Origin: Candidatus Palauibacter australiensis
Lineage (GTDB): Bacteria > Gemmatimonadota > Gemmatimonadetes > Palauibacterales > Palauibacteraceae
Direction: 5' to 3'
NCBI GenBank assembly: GCA_026705295.1
Contig: JAPPBA010000146.1
Span: 10,776 to 74,775, forward strand
DNA: 64,000 nt
The first letter of the stretch is position 1. Each line of letters begins with the position of its first letter. Shown here piece by piece: positions 18,093 to 27,924 of the stretch. Below the pieces are notes generated by a model, which was not told the origin of the DNA, searched no databases, and saw nothing but the letters and a program-made list of their open reading frames with translations. Made by a program: the position numbers and the translations under genes.

Positions 18093-19940
18093 ATGAATCC
18101 GACCCCGACTGTTTCACGTCGCCCGGCCGTTGGCGCGCTCGCCGCGCTCGCGCTGGCGGCATTGGCTCTCCCTCGGAGCGCCGTGGCGCAGCAGCCGGTA
18201 GAGATCGCGGGACGCCTCCTGGACGCCGGCACCGGAGCCCCCATCTCGACGGCGCTCGTCTCCATCCCCGCGCTGGGCATCTCGACGCTCACCACCACGG
18301 ACGGAGCGTTCCATCTCGTCGTCCCCGCCGGCTTGCACACGTTCGAGATCCGGCACATCGGCTACGGTACGCGGACGACCGAGGTCGAGGCGCCCGACGG
18401 CACGCTCTCGCTGGAGATCCGCATCGAACCAGCCGCGATCGAAGTCGCCCCGCTCGAGGTCAACGTCGAGTGGAGGCCATCGTACCTGGAGCAGGTCGGT
18501 TTCTACGAGCGCCGGGCGCATGGCCTCGGCAGATTCTACGATCCCGAGGACATCCGCCGCGGGGGTGACCCTCTGATCGTCGGCTGGCGAAACATGAGCG
18601 AGCGCATTTTCGCCATGAACCGGGTCAACGTCTTGGGGTGCGCTCCACAGATCATCATCGATGGCCGCCGGGACCGCGTTGGCCTCATGACCGGGCTCGC
18701 CCATCACCGACTGGGAGGCGTCGAGGTCCACGGCGAGCCGCACAAGGTGCCAGGCCTCGAGCCACTGATACGCGCGGCGGGCGAGAATCCGTTCTGCCCC
18801 ACGGTCATCGTCTGGACGCGACAGTGGCTGACCGCGGCCGAGCTTGAAGAGCGGCGGATCGTTCTCTGCGAGCCCGGCCCCACAACGGAACGGACGCCGC
18901 TCGTGGTGGAGGGGACGGTCACGGATGCGCTGACCGGCATTCTCCTGCCCCGCGCGACCGTGACGGCCTGGATCACGGAACCGGGCGGCCGGCGGCGCGA
19001 GAAGGAGACGACCGCCGACGACAATGGCCGCTTCCGCTTCTGCGACCTCGATCCGCGGATGAACGTGAGCATCTGGGCCAGGTTCGCCGGCCTCAGCGGC
19101 GAACTGGCGCCGGTGGCGGGCGAGACCGCCCCCGTGACGGCCGATACGGCCGCCGTGACGCGGGATCTGGTGGTCCCCATCGCTCGTCACGGCCATGTTG
19201 CCGGCCGCGTCTTCGATCTCCAGCGAGGCGAACCCGTGCCGGGGGCCGAGATCAGGCTTGCGACGGCTGACGCCGCGCCGGCCCCCGGCGACCGTGCCCC
19301 GCCCGCGGAGGCCGGGTATCCGACAACGAGCGACGAGCACGGCCTCTTCGCGATCCCGGACCTGGTCCCCGGGGACTACCGGCTCGTCGTATCCCACCCC
19401 GACGCCGGTGTCGCCGCGGACACGATCCCGGTCCACTCCGGTTCGACGGTGGATGTCCGCGTCGAACTCGACCCCGCGCCACCTCCCGCACCCGACTCCG
19501 TCTCGCCCGTGGCGGGGCGGCGGATCGTGGCCGAGCGGCGGCACCCGCTTCTCATGGAGGTCGGTTTCTATGAGCGCAGGCGGGAGAGCGCGACGCGCGG
19601 CCGCGGACACTTCTTCACACCGGAGCGGATTCGGGCCCTCGCCCCCACCCGCCTCACGGACCTCCTCACCGAGGTGGACGGCCTGCGCGAACTCTGCCCG
19701 CGACAGACCTGCCGCCCCGTCTCGCGACGGGCGCGGAGATGTGCCCACATGTCCGTCTACCTGAACGGCGCCCTGGTCATGGATGGCCGCGCCTGGGACT
19801 TCGAGCGGGGCGGCGTGGACGATTTGGCGGCTCCGCACGAGGTCGCCGCCATCGAGGTCTACCTAAGGTCCGTCTCCCTGCCCGGCGAGTTCACCGCTCC
19901 AGCCGACCGCTGCGGCGCGATCGTCATCTGGAGCGGATAG
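18093..19940 (+). CDS. secreted protein with duplicated [CarboxypepD_reg - TonB-plug-like] modules, no barrel
   Basis: Signal ALAALALAALALPRSAVAQQ. CarboxypepD_reg-like stretches (GRLLDAGTGAPIS.., GTVTDALTGILLP.., GRVFDLQRGEPVPG..). Two GFYERR...C(G/P)xIVIW(S/T) modules. The start could be 18057 or 18093. Confidence 0.6.
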   Translation: MNPTPTVSRRPAVGALAALALAALALPRSAVAQQPVEIAGRLLDAGTGAPISTALVSIPALGISTLTTTDGAFHLVVPAGLHTFEIRHIGYGTRTTEVEAPDGTLSLEIRIEPAAIEVAPLEVNVEWRPSYLEQVGFYERRAHGLGRFYDPEDIRRGGDPLIVGWRNMSERIFAMNRVNVLGCAPQIIIDGRRDRVGLMTGLAHHRLGGVEVHGEPHKVPGLEPLIRAAGENPFCPTVIVWTRQWLTAAELEERRIVLCEPGPTTERTPLVVEGTVTDALTGILLPRATVTAWITEPGGRRREKETTADDNGRFRFCDLDPRMNVSIWARFAGLSGELAPVAGETAPVTADTAAVTRDLVVPIARHGHVAGRVFDLQRGEPVPGAEIRLATADAAPAPGDRAPPAEAGYPTTSDEHGLFAIPDLVPGDYRLVVSHPDAGVAADTIPVHSGSTVDVRVELDPAPPPAPDSVSPVAGRRIVAERRHPLLMEVGFYERRRESATRGRGHFFTPERIRALAPTRLTDLLTEVDGLRELCPRQTCRPVSRRARRCAHMSVYLNGALVMDGRAWDFERGGVDDLAAPHEVAAIEVYLRSVSLPGEFTAPADRCGAIVIWSG

Positions 19941-19994
19941 CCCCGACCGCGACCCGGGACGGTTGGCGCCGTTCAACGCGGATGCCCGGATCGC

Positions 19995-20837
19995 CTACGG
20001 TCTATCCGTAGCTTGAGCCCGCAGGGCGGCGACCCGCTCATCGGTGGGGGGGTGGGTGGTGAACAGGGAGGTGAGGCCGCGCCGGCGTCCGGCGAAGGGG
20101 TTCACGATCGCGAGCGAGGCGCCGGCCGGGTTCACGTCCATCGGGATACGTCGGGCGCCGGACTCCAGGCGTTTCAGCGCGCCGGCCAGACCCATGGGGT
20201 CGCCCGTGATCTCGCCCCCGGTGCGGTCGGCCTGAAACTCGTTGCGGCGGCTGATCGCCATCTGGATGATGACAGCGGCCAGCGGGGCGACGATGGCCAT
20301 GACGAGCATGCCGAGCGGGTTGTCGCCGTCGTCGCGGCCCCCGCCGAAGATGAAGCCCCAGCGGGCGATCGAGGCGATCATGGCGATGGCGCCCGCCATC
20401 GTGGCCGCCACCGTGCCGACGAGCATGTGCCGGTGCTTGATGTGGGCGAGTTCGTGCGCGATCACGCCGTCCAGTTCCCGGGGCGGGAGCGCCCGCAGGA
20501 TCCCCTGAGTGAAGCAGACCACGGCGTGCTCCGGGTTACGGCCCGTGGCGAATGCGTTCGGCTGCGGCTGCGGCGAGACAGCCACGACGGGCGCCGGCAG
20601 GCCCGCCCGCTTCCGCAAACGCTCTACCCGGTCGTAGAGGTCCGGCGCCTGCGACCGGTCGACGACCTGCGCCCGGTACATGCGCAGGACCACCCGGTCG
20701 CTGAACCAGTACATCCCGAAGTTCATGGCCCCGGACAGCACCAGGAAAAGGACGGCGCCCTGCTGCCCGAACAGCATCTGGCCGGCGAACACCAGGAGAA
20801 CCGTCAGGCCCACCATGAGGCCGAAAACTCTAAACAT
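19995..20837 (-). CDS. htpX: M48 family zinc protease HtpX
   Basis: HELAHIKHRH zinc motif, four TM segments, and a typical HtpX C-terminal region (FTTHPPTDERVAALR). Confidence 0.9.
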   Translation of the reverse strand: MFRVFGLMVGLTVLLVFAGQMLFGQQGAVLFLVLSGAMNFGMYWFSDRVVLRMYRAQVVDRSQAPDLYDRVERLRKRAGLPAPVVAVSPQPQPNAFATGRNPEHAVVCFTQGILRALPPRELDGVIAHELAHIKHRHMLVGTVAATMAGAIAMIASIARWGFIFGGGRDDGDNPLGMLVMAIVAPLAAVIIQMAISRRNEFQADRTGGEITGDPMGLAGALKRLESGARRIPMDVNPAGASLAIVNPFAGRRRGLTSLFTTHPPTDERVAALRAQATDRP

Positions 20838-20917
20838 CCGTGAACCCTCTCTATCTCACGTTCCGGACCGACTCATCCGTCGCTCGCCGTACTGCTACAC
20901 CTCAAGCTCCGGGTGGG

Positions 20918-21589
20918 TCACGCTGCCGCCGCGATCAGGTCGCAGAAGACGAAACCATCCCGTTCCACGACCTCGCCGCGCACGACCGGGATCGGCCGGG
21001 GCAGGATCGGGCCGTCCCAGACGAACGTATGGAACTCTCCGTTCTCCCCGCATGGGTCTACCCCCTCCGGAAGATCGGCGATGAACGACGCGTCGAAGGC
21101 GCGGCCCGCGAAGGAGGCGTCCAGCACCGCCGGGTTGATGCACACCGCAACGGCCTCGAACCCATCCCGGATGAAGGAACGCGCGAGCGCGGCGGTAGGT
21201 TGCTTCCAGATCGGGAACAGACATTCCATCCCGGCGTCGGCGAGCTGCCGTTCGCGATACTCGCGTAGATCCTCCAGGAAGATGTCTCCGAAGGCCACGC
21301 GACGGATGCCGTCCTCGTGGAGTCGACCGAAGGCCTCGCCCATGGCGCGTTCGTAGATCTCGTTGGAGGACTGCGGGGGGACGACGACCTCCACCAGCGG
21401 GATGCCGATGGCCGCTGCCTGATCCCGCACGAGCGCCCGCCGCACGCCGTGCATGCTCACCCGGTCGTAGGCGTCGGTCACGGTCGTGATCAGGGACTCG
21501 ACCCGACAGGTGCCGGACTGCTGGAGCGCGTGCAGGGCCAGGGCGCTGTCCTTGCCGCCGCTGAAGCACATCGCGATGCGTTCCCTCAC
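20918..21589 (-). CDS. PP-loop ATP pyrophosphatase, Dph6/MJ0570-related
   Basis: CFSGGKDS PP-loop. Length and GENGEFHTFV motif are typical of the diphthine-ammonia-ligase-like ATP-binding family. Confidence 0.7.
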   Translation of the reverse strand: MRERIAMCFSGGKDSALALHALQQSGTCRVESLITTVTDAYDRVSMHGVRRALVRDQAAAIGIPLVEVVVPPQSSNEIYERAMGEAFGRLHEDGIRRVAFGDIFLEDLREYRERQLADAGMECLFPIWKQPTAALARSFIRDGFEAVAVCINPAVLDASFAGRAFDASFIADLPEGVDPCGENGEFHTFVWDGPILPRPIPVVRGEVVERDGFVFCDLIAAAA

Positions 21590-21608
21590 CCGACGCTTAC
21601 TCCAGCGG

Positions 21609-23180
21609 TCACTCCAGGACCGTCGCCCGGAACGCCCCGGTCAGGACGCGGCCCTCGCGTTTCACCTGAACCCAGACCGTGTACTCGCCGGGCTGCGGGA
21701 ACGCGAACGGAAACTCGACGACGCCGGTGGGAGAATCCGTCCCGCCACCCGCCATCGGCGATCCGGCGGGCGCGAGCACCGAGAGCGACCCCATCGAGAT
21801 GGTGCCTGCGGGGTGCAGGTGGACGAACACCGCGCCGTCGTCCCGCGTGAGCGCGGCGTGGCTGAGCATCCCCATGTAGGGCTCCAGTTCGGCCGGCTTC
21901 TCGTCGGGATCCCAGAGCCTGAATGCGAGGACCGTCTCCTCGTCGACGCGAAGTTCCTGGTTCCCCTGCCATTCGAGGATCGAACCGTCGTCGAGCCGTG
22001 TCTCCGAACCCGGCCCGGAGAGGGCGACCGGAACGCCCGTCCACGCCGAGTCGTCCGGGTCGCGCGACAGGCTCGTCGGCGCCCCTGACCGCAAGTCCTG
22101 TGCTTCGGGGGCGGCGGGGGCGGCAACGGCCTCCCCGGGGACCACGTCTCCCTCCGAAACCGCCAGCGCGGCCGCGTCGACCGTGATCGTGTCGACGACC
22201 GTCTGCGCGAAGCCGGACTCCTGGACGATGTCGCCGTAGATCCGGTACTCGCCCGGCGGCAGATCCGGCCACGGGACGCGGAAGGTGGATGAGTCCACGG
22301 GGACGGGGTGCACGTGCGCGAACGCGTCCATGCCCGGCGCGCCGACCACGAACAGGTGCATCAGCTTGCCGTGGTCCGGCACGAGCGGGCTCCAGTTCCG
22401 GCCCCCCCAGGCGGGATCCGTGATCGTGATCTCCAGCGCGGCCGTCCCGCCGTCGCGCACGATCGCGCCCTCCACCTCAAGGCGTTCGAAGATCCCGCTG
22501 CGCACGTCCCGGTCGACCGCCTCCCACCACGCGTTCCCCAGGTAGAGGAGGCCCGCCATCCCAACGGCAGTCAGGGCCATGGCGATCCGGGCGTGACGCC
22601 GCTGCCGGGAGCCCGCCGTCTCCCCCGCCGGCATCTGGCTCTCGCGCACCGCGGCCCCCGTGATCGAGACGACGCCGGCGACGAGGAGAAGCCCCAGCGC
22701 GGCGAGGATCCACCCGAGCCCCGGCGGGAGGTCGCGCACGCCGAGCATGACGGACGTCACCGGCACCGAGACCTCGCCGCTCCCGCGGCTTCCCTCCACC
22801 GCGACCTCCACCCGGTAGGCACCCACCGTCATGAGCCACAGTTCGGCGGCGTACAGTTCGGGGTCCCCCGCCACGGGCACGGCCTCGTCGGGCGGTGGCG
22901 CACCGCCTTCCGGGGCCGCGTCCCAGCGAACGGGGCGCACGGTCACGCGGCCCGCCCCGCCACCCGACACGCGGACGGAGATCTCCGCCAGCCCCGGGAT
23001 GACCTCGGGGGGACGGATGACGACGGAGACGGGGTAGGGACCCGCCTCGCCGGAGAAGAACACGTTGTTGCTCCCGACATGCCCCGTCGCCACGACGTAG
23101 AGCCCGACCACGAACGCCGCCGCGCGCGTCAGCCGGGCGGCCCCTCCGCGCGTCGGTCGGACGGCCCGGCCGCGTCTCAC
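21609..23180 (-). CDS. uncharacterised membrane-anchored protein with three Ig-like (YtkA/FixH-like) domains carrying HxHP motifs
   Basis: The GTG at 23180 overlaps the upstream TGA (GTGA). Basic n-region plus h-region ..AAAFVVGLYVVATG|HVGS. Two internal TM segments. Repeated HGKLMHLFVV..AFAHVHPVP and MGMLSHAAL..VFVHLHPAG. The first ~380 aa of track ORF 21609..24323 are out-of-frame overlap with the upstream gene. Confidence 0.6.
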   Translation of the reverse strand: MRRGRAVRPTRGGAARLTRAAAFVVGLYVVATGHVGSNNVFFSGEAGPYPVSVVIRPPEVIPGLAEISVRVSGGGAGRVTVRPVRWDAAPEGGAPPPDEAVPVAGDPELYAAELWLMTVGAYRVEVAVEGSRGSGEVSVPVTSVMLGVRDLPPGLGWILAALGLLLVAGVVSITGAAVRESQMPAGETAGSRQRRHARIAMALTAVGMAGLLYLGNAWWEAVDRDVRSGIFERLEVEGAIVRDGGTAALEITITDPAWGGRNWSPLVPDHGKLMHLFVVGAPGMDAFAHVHPVPVDSSTFRVPWPDLPPGEYRIYGDIVQESGFAQTVVDTITVDAAALAVSEGDVVPGEAVAAPAAPEAQDLRSGAPTSLSRDPDDSAWTGVPVALSGPGSETRLDDGSILEWQGNQELRVDEETVLAFRLWDPDEKPAELEPYMGMLSHAALTRDDGAVFVHLHPAGTISMGSLSVLAPAGSPMAGGGTDSPTGVVEFPFAFPQPGEYTVWVQVKREGRVLTGAFRATVLE

Positions 23181-24397
23181 CGGCGGACGCGCAGCCACCA
23201 GTTCCCCAGCCACAGGCCCGAGCGGGCCGAGACGAACGCGATCGGCAGCGCCCACCACGCCACGGACAGGAAGCGCGAGGCCGAGAACTCGCCCCCGAGG
23301 AACGGGCCTCCGTGCCAGAACACGTTCTCCCAGTTCCCGGGCGCAGCCGTGTAGCCCCACGTGTTCCCCTGGAAGAAATAGTTCCGCGCCCCGTCGGAGA
23401 GCATGAAGTCGGCGAACACCCACTGGATCGCGCCCAGGATCGCCACGAAGGCGACGCCGCCTACGGCCGCGATCCGCCAGTCCGCCGAGGCCCGCTCGGG
23501 CGCCTCGCCCGGGGCCGAATGCCGCAGCAGCAGCAGGTCGATCACGATCGCGGGCGCGAACAGGAGGAGCGGGAACTCGGGTGCCACCATGTGGGTGACC
23601 GGGCGCAGGATCGGCGCCAGCATCGGCTCCGCCGGGAAGAGCGGCAGCACCCACATCATCGCCAGCGAGACGCCCGTGTAGAGCAGCGTCGCGCACGTCG
23701 CGGGCCAGCGCATCTGCCCGGCGCGGCCGATGGCGAAGAGGAGGAGGGGGAAGAGCGCGGCCATGATGAGGTGGAACGTCGCCCCGTGCATCTGGTTCGG
23801 GAACGTGTACTCCATGAGCAGCACGGAGAGCGACAGGATCAGCATCGCGGCGCTGAACACGTACGCCCACGCGAGCTTGCGCCGACCCGTCTCCGAGGCG
23901 CGGTTGTGCCATGACAGCGCCATCAGGAGGGCGCCCACCTGGATCGCGTAGATCCCCAGCGCCAGGACCACGTGGGGCGGACTCAGGATCTCGACGTCGA
24001 GCCCGTACGCGTTGTGCCACCAGTCGTCGAGCGGCGCGGACGCGAGCATGGCGATCGCGCCCCAGATCGCCACCCAGGCCCCGAGCGGCGCCCGGAACCC
24101 CCACAACCGCACGGAACGCCCGACTTCCCGATCCGTCCCGGAAAACGTCGTCTTCAGCGCGAGCCACCCGCACGACAGCCCCGCCGCCAGCCCGCCCGCG
24201 TACACCAGCAGGTGCGCGGGCGTGAAGAGCGTGTCCCGCCCGACGGTCCGGTGCCAGGAGATGTCCCACGTGATGCCCACGATCACGGCCGCCGACGCGA
24301 ACAGGACCGCGCTCAGATACCACGGGATGCTGTCGGCCGACTCCGCCGCCGCCTCGCGCTCCGTGAAGACCGAGGCCGGTGCTACCGTCGATTCCAT
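23177..24397 (-). CDS. uncharacterised polytopic (about 10 TM) His-rich membrane protein
   Basis: Clean hydrophobic periodicity. Conserved-looking ITWDISWH, TPAHLL, LDDWWHNAYGLD and SPPHVV motifs. Start placed at MESTVAP (24397). Confidence 0.6.
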   Translation of the reverse strand: MESTVAPASVFTEREAAAESADSIPWYLSAVLFASAAVIVGITWDISWHRTVGRDTLFTPAHLLVYAGGLAAGLSCGWLALKTTFSGTDREVGRSVRLWGFRAPLGAWVAIWGAIAMLASAPLDDWWHNAYGLDVEILSPPHVVLALGIYAIQVGALLMALSWHNRASETGRRKLAWAYVFSAAMLILSLSVLLMEYTFPNQMHGATFHLIMAALFPLLLFAIGRAGQMRWPATCATLLYTGVSLAMMWVLPLFPAEPMLAPILRPVTHMVAPEFPLLLFAPAIVIDLLLLRHSAPGEAPERASADWRIAAVGGVAFVAILGAIQWVFADFMLSDGARNYFFQGNTWGYTAAPGNWENVFWHGGPFLGGEFSASRFLSVAWWALPIAFVSARSGLWLGNWWLRVRR

Positions 24398-24516
24398 CGC
24401 GTTCCCCCGAATTCCTTCCTCCCGCAGCGGGCTGCTTGCCGAGCCGCGGGCTATCGACACATCCGATCCGCCGCCCGAAGATAGGTCTGGTTCAACCGAG
24501 ATGCAGGAGATTCAAC

Positions 24517-26025
24517 GTGAGATCACGCAGATTGTGCCGCGTGCGCCCGGGCTTTCCCGGAAGCGGCCTTCGCGTCGCGGTCCCGGCCGCCGCGATCGCG
24601 CTCATCGCGGCCCTCTCGCTCGGGGTCGCCGGCTGCGCCGCGCCGGACGCGGCGTCGGACCCCGCCGCGTCCGATGCCTCCCCTGCCTCCCTTGCGCCGG
24701 ACCAGATCGACGCGATCCACGCCATCGCCACGGCCCCCATCGAGGCCGGTCGGACTGCCGGCATGTCGATCGCGGTCGTACGCGGGACGGACACGCTCCT
24801 GATCGAGGAGTTCGGTCACGCCGACCTCGAACTCGGCGTGCTCACGCCGCCGGACGCCGTTTACGAGGTCGGATCCGTGACCAAGCAGTTCACGGCGGCG
24901 GCCGTTCTCCTCCTGCAGGAGGAAGGGAAGCTCTCCCTCGACGACCCGCTCACGCGGTGGCTCCCCGACTACCCCATCGGGGACCGTACCGTCACCGTCC
25001 GGCGACTCCTCGACCACACCTCGGGCATCAAGGGCTACACCGAGATGGAGCATCTCTGGGTCGAACTCGCTCCCCTCGACCTGCCGCGGGACACGCTCGT
25101 CACGCTCTTCGCCGCCGAGCCGTTCGAGTTCGAGCCCGGCACGGCGATGACGTACAACAACTCGGCGTACTTCCTCGCCGGACTCGTCATCGAGGCGGCG
25201 AGCGGCATGAGCTACGAGGACTTCGTCGAGGAGCGTCTCTTCGCTGCGGCCGGGATGGAACACTCCCGCTACTGCCACAAGGACGAACTCACGCCCAACC
25301 GCGCGAAGGGGTACGAGCCGCGCGACGACGGGCTGCACCCGGCCCCGTACCTGGACCACCAGTGGCCCTACGCCGCGGGATCGCTCTGCTCCACGGTGCG
25401 CGATCTCGTCGCCTGGAATCAGGCCCTCCACGGAGACGGCGGGGGCGGCGAGATCCTGAGTCCCGAGAGCTACCGGCTGATGATCACGCCGGAGCCCCTG
25501 CTCGACGGCACGAACCTGCGCTACGCGAAGGGTCTCGCGGTCACGGACCGGGACGGGACCCCGCGGATCGGGCACGGCGGCGGGATCTTCGGCTACGTGT
25601 CCGACCTCCGCTACGTGCCGTCCGAAGACCTGTCCATCGCCGTGCTCATCAACACGGCCGGAGGCGCCTCGTCGGGCGGGATCGCGGGCCAGGTCGAGAA
25701 CGTGGTGCTGGGCGAACCGGCGGAGCCCGCCGTGGCGCCCTTCGAGGGCGATCCCGCACCGTACGCGGGCCGCTACGAAGGCCCGGCCCGAGGCCAGCGC
25801 ATCACCGCGACAGTGGCCGCCGAGGACGGGCAACTGACGGTAAACACGGGAGGCGGCCCGGCCACCCTCTCGTGGCTGGGCGGCGACGAGTTCGCCGATG
25901 GGCGGACCCGCTACCGCTTCATCCGCGGAGAGAGTTCCGAAGGCGCCGGAGCCGGAGCCTCCTTCAATGAACTTCGGATGGACGTCGTCTCGGGACACTT
26001 CGTCCTGCGGAGGGTGGGCCCATGA
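24517..26025 (+). CDS. beta-lactamase-fold serine hydrolase (class C/PBP4*-like), lipoprotein
   Basis: SVTKQF SxxK motif. GTG start at 24517, preceded by AGGAGA. Lipobox LSLGVAGC. The stop overlaps the next start (ATGA at 26022-26025). Confidence 0.8.
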   Translation: MRSRRLCRVRPGFPGSGLRVAVPAAAIALIAALSLGVAGCAAPDAASDPAASDASPASLAPDQIDAIHAIATAPIEAGRTAGMSIAVVRGTDTLLIEEFGHADLELGVLTPPDAVYEVGSVTKQFTAAAVLLLQEEGKLSLDDPLTRWLPDYPIGDRTVTVRRLLDHTSGIKGYTEMEHLWVELAPLDLPRDTLVTLFAAEPFEFEPGTAMTYNNSAYFLAGLVIEAASGMSYEDFVEERLFAAAGMEHSRYCHKDELTPNRAKGYEPRDDGLHPAPYLDHQWPYAAGSLCSTVRDLVAWNQALHGDGGGGEILSPESYRLMITPEPLLDGTNLRYAKGLAVTDRDGTPRIGHGGGIFGYVSDLRYVPSEDLSIAVLINTAGGASSGGIAGQVENVVLGEPAEPAVAPFEGDPAPYAGRYEGPARGQRITATVAAEDGQLTVNTGGGPATLSWLGGDEFADGRTRYRFIRGESSEGAGAGASFNELRMDVVSGHFVLRRVGP

Positions 26026-27875
26026 ACGCGCATCGAACTGTCGCCCGCCGCGCTCGCGGCACTCTCGTCGCTTTCGTCGCCGGGCCGATCCTCGTCCTCA
26101 CCGGGCTCGTCACGGCGCCCGCCCGCCCGGCCGCGGCACAGGATCTGGCACCGCTCATCGGCGCGCAGACGAGCGAACTCGCGGCGGTCGTGGAGCGCTA
26201 CAGCACTGACCGGACCGCGCTCGGCCGGCGCTGGAACGTCCCCTACTCCCCCGAGCGCAACGCGCGCTTCCGCGACTTCTTCTCGGACTGGCGGCGGCGG
26301 GTCGAGGCGCTCGACTTCGAGTCTCTCTCCCTCGAGGGGCGGGTGGACTACGTCCTCCTCCTCAACGAACTGCGCTATCGGCTCAACCTCCTGACGCGCG
26401 AGGCGGGGCTCGCCACCGAGATGGACGGGTTCATCTCCTTCACCTCGCTCATCGTGGAACTGGAGGAGCGCCGACGGCGTCGCGAGCCGGTGGAGTCGGA
26501 GGCTGCCGCGGCGCGTCTCGCGGAACTGCCGTCCGAGATTGAAGCCGCCCGCGCCGAGGTCGAGGCCCGGCTTGAGAGCGGGGAAGACGTGTCCCGGATC
26601 GTCGCGCTCCGGGCGGTCACGGCGCTCGCCGAGCGCACGCGGCTGCTCGAGGACTGGTACGAGCACTACGCCGGCTACGACCCCGTCTTCACCTGGTGGA
26701 ACGAGGACCCGTACGCCCGCGCGAAGACCGCGCTGGACGGTTACGCGACCTTCCTGCGCGAGTCGGTGATCGGCTACCGGGCGGGCGAGGACGAACCCAT
26801 CGTCGGCGACCCGATCGGGGCGGAGGGTCTCGCCGCGGACCTGCGCCACGAGATGATCCCCTACACGCCCGAGGAGCTCATCGCGATCGCGGAGCGGGAA
26901 TATGCCTGGTGCGAGGCGCGGATGATCGAGGCCTCGCGCGAACTCGGCTACGGGGACGACTGGCGGGCGGCGCTGGAGTACGTGAAGACGCTGCACCGCG
27001 CCCCCGGCGACCAGCCGCAGATGATCCGGGAACTCGCCGACGAGGCGCTCGCCTTCGTCACCGAGCGCGACCTCCTCACCGTCCCGCCGCTCGCCGACGA
27101 GATCTGGCGCATCGAGATGATGTCCCCGGAGCGCCAGAAGGTGTCGCCCTTCTTCCTCGGCGGGGAGGTGATCCAGGTCTCCTTCCCCACCGACGGGATG
27201 GAGCACGAGTACAAGCTCATGAGCATGCGGGGGAACAACGAACACTTCTCCCGCGCGACCGTGCATCACGAACTCATCCCCGGACACCACCTGCAGGGGT
27301 TCATGACGAGCCGCTTCAACTCGCACCGCGGTGCGTTCTCGACCCCGTTCTGGGGCGAGGGGTGGGCGCTCTACTGGGAGATGCTGCTCTGGGACCTCGG
27401 CTTCCCGACGACCCCCGAGGACCGCATCGGCATGCTGTTCTGGCGCATGCATCGCACGGCCCGGATCATCTTCTCCCTCTCCTTCCACCTTGAGCGTATG
27501 ACCCCGCAGGAGGCGATCGACTTCCTCGTCGACCGGGTGGGGCACGAGCGCGCGAACGCCGAGGCGGAGGTGCGCCGCAGCTTCAACGGCTCCTACTCGC
27601 CGCTTTACCAGGTCGCTTACATGATCGGCGGGCTGCAGTTCCGGTCCCTCCACGAACAACTCGTACAGTCGGGGGAGATGACGAACCGCGCCTTCCACGA
27701 CGCGATCCTCCGGGGCGGCCGGATGCCGGTCGAGATGGTGCGCGCGCGCCTGCTCGACGAGGCGCCGCCGAAGGACTTCGAGTCGGAGTGGCGCTTCGAG
27801 GGCGACCCGCTCCGCCGCATAACGTCGGAGGAGTCGGCCTCGCCCGGCCCGACCTCGCGGCGCCAGACCCCGTAG
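26022..27875 (+). CDS. DUF885 family protein (metallopeptidase-like)
   Basis: Signal peptide. The HHELIPGHHLQG motif and overall length are typical of DUF885. Confidence 0.75.
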   Translation: MNAHRTVARRARGTLVAFVAGPILVLTGLVTAPARPAAAQDLAPLIGAQTSELAAVVERYSTDRTALGRRWNVPYSPERNARFRDFFSDWRRRVEALDFESLSLEGRVDYVLLLNELRYRLNLLTREAGLATEMDGFISFTSLIVELEERRRRREPVESEAAAARLAELPSEIEAARAEVEARLESGEDVSRIVALRAVTALAERTRLLEDWYEHYAGYDPVFTWWNEDPYARAKTALDGYATFLRESVIGYRAGEDEPIVGDPIGAEGLAADLRHEMIPYTPEELIAIAEREYAWCEARMIEASRELGYGDDWRAALEYVKTLHRAPGDQPQMIRELADEALAFVTERDLLTVPPLADEIWRIEMMSPERQKVSPFFLGGEVIQVSFPTDGMEHEYKLMSMRGNNEHFSRATVHHELIPGHHLQGFMTSRFNSHRGAFSTPFWGEGWALYWEMLLWDLGFPTTPEDRIGMLFWRMHRTARIIFSLSFHLERMTPQEAIDFLVDRVGHERANAEAEVRRSFNGSYSPLYQVAYMIGGLQFRSLHEQLVQSGEMTNRAFHDAILRGGRMPVEMVRARLLDEAPPKDFESEWRFEGDPLRRITSEESASPGPTSRRQTP

Positions 27876-27924
27876 CGGCTGAACTCGCAGGAGACCGCGT
27901 ACCGACGCGCTGAAAGGACGACAC

